DNA of 64,000 nucleotides from Lampris incognitus (Eukaryota): NCBI RefSeq assembly GCF_029633865.1, contig NC_079220.1, positions 16,850,216 to 16,914,215 of the forward strand, read 5' to 3'. Shown piece by piece: positions 63,085 to 64,000 of this stretch (position 1 is its first letter; each line of letters starts with the position of its first letter). The notes under the pieces were generated by a model. It saw only the letters and a program-made list of their open reading frames with translations, ran no database searches and was not told where the DNA came from. The position numbers and the translations under genes were made by a program.

Positions 63085-63487
63085 CTGTGTATCTTTTTTC
63101 TTTTCCTCCCTGATTGTACCGGTCCAATTAACCCACTTTTCTGAGCCGTTCCGGTCACTGCTCCACCCCCTCTGCTGATCCGGGGAGGGCTGCAGACTAC
63201 CACAAATCTCCTCCCATACATGTGGAGTCGCCAGCCGCTTCTTTTCACCTGACCGTGAGGAGTTTCACCAGGGGGACGTAGCGCGTAGGAGGATCACGCT
63301 ATTCCCCTCAGTTCTCCCTCCCCCCAAACAGGCGCCCTTACTGACCAGAGGAGGTGCTACCAGGACACATACCCACATCCGGCTTCCCACCCACAGACAC
63401 GGCCAATTGTGTCACGGGGATTCGAACCAGCGCTTCCCGTGTTGGTAGGCAATGAAATAGACCACTACACTACCTGGACGCCCTGTA
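63085..63487 (-). mobile_element. family-2 SINE copy
   Basis: reverse complement of the GGGCGTCCAGGTAGTGTAGTGGTCTATTTCATTGCCTACCAACACGGGAAGCGCTGGTTCGAATCCCCG head and body. Confidence 0.8.
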
Positions 63488-64000
63488 CTGTGCCTCTTAA
63501 ATCTTAATTTGATCCTTCTACTCACATTTGTTTATTAGTTAGGACTATTTTGTTGTGTGCTGCTTCAGTACTGCATATTTATCAGGTTATTTCCTTTTCT
63601 TTCTTTCTTTTTTTGCTACAGAAAATACACAAGAGGCATAACTCTGATGGTGCTGGTGCTGCTTCTCTTAATTAACCAACATAATCAATAACCTGCCATG
63701 TAGTCTTAATATAGATATAACTGGTCATTTGTATACTTGGTGTAAAAATTAACCATGCACAAGTCAAAAAATTGAACAACATATTAAAGCCTTCTTAACA
63801 GCTGAACGGATTATTCTAATGAAGTGGACGCAACGTAAACCAAATAGTTTTAGTATTGAGAATTGGTTGACTTTAAGGCTTTACTGTCGGATCAGTCTTA
63901 AACATCACTGTGGAGGAATTTTGGCCCACTCTTCTTTGCGGGATTGCTGCAATCCAGTGACATTGAGTGGTTTTCAAGCATGAACAGCATGTAAAAGGTC

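Overview
This window is eukaryotic and has the hallmarks of a teleost (percomorph-type) fish genome. It carries dense (CA)n, (GA)n and (TA)n microsatellites, tRNA-derived SINEs, Tc1/mariner, hAT, LINE, Penelope-like and Ty3/Gypsy-type LTR retrotransposon remnants, and spliced genes with GT-AG introns. It has no prokaryotic operons, CRISPR arrays or defence systems; the 'undescribed system' premise does not apply in a bacterial sense. Host genes I can support are a dispanin/CD225 gene matching PRRT2 (plus strand, three phase-consistent coding exons separated by about 3.3 kb and 3.5 kb repeat-filled introns), a FiNZ-type N-terminal exon of a fish zinc-finger gene at about 31.75 kb, and a large C2H2 zinc-finger exon at 54.8-55.9 kb. 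The rest is interspersed repeats. The most notable repeat structure is a four-level nested insertion at 35.7-46.5 kb: an old LINE 3' tail is split by a 10.5 kb LTR retrotransposon with a 4 bp target site duplication (TSD), which is itself split by an L1-like LINE, which is split by a Tc1 element. There is also a 1.2 kb head-to-head palindrome made of two truncated Tc1 5' halves, a 390 bp foldback MITE (miniature inverted-repeat transposable element) inserted into a SINE, a tandem SINE dimer with an internal (CAGT)n expansion, two decayed copies of one compact Tc1 family in opposite orientation, degenerate Gypsy-like pol remnants, and several unexplained inverted and tandem repeats around 49-54 kb. 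All coordinates are approximate to a few bp. Family assignments come from reading the translated ORFs and repeats by eye and have not been checked against any database.
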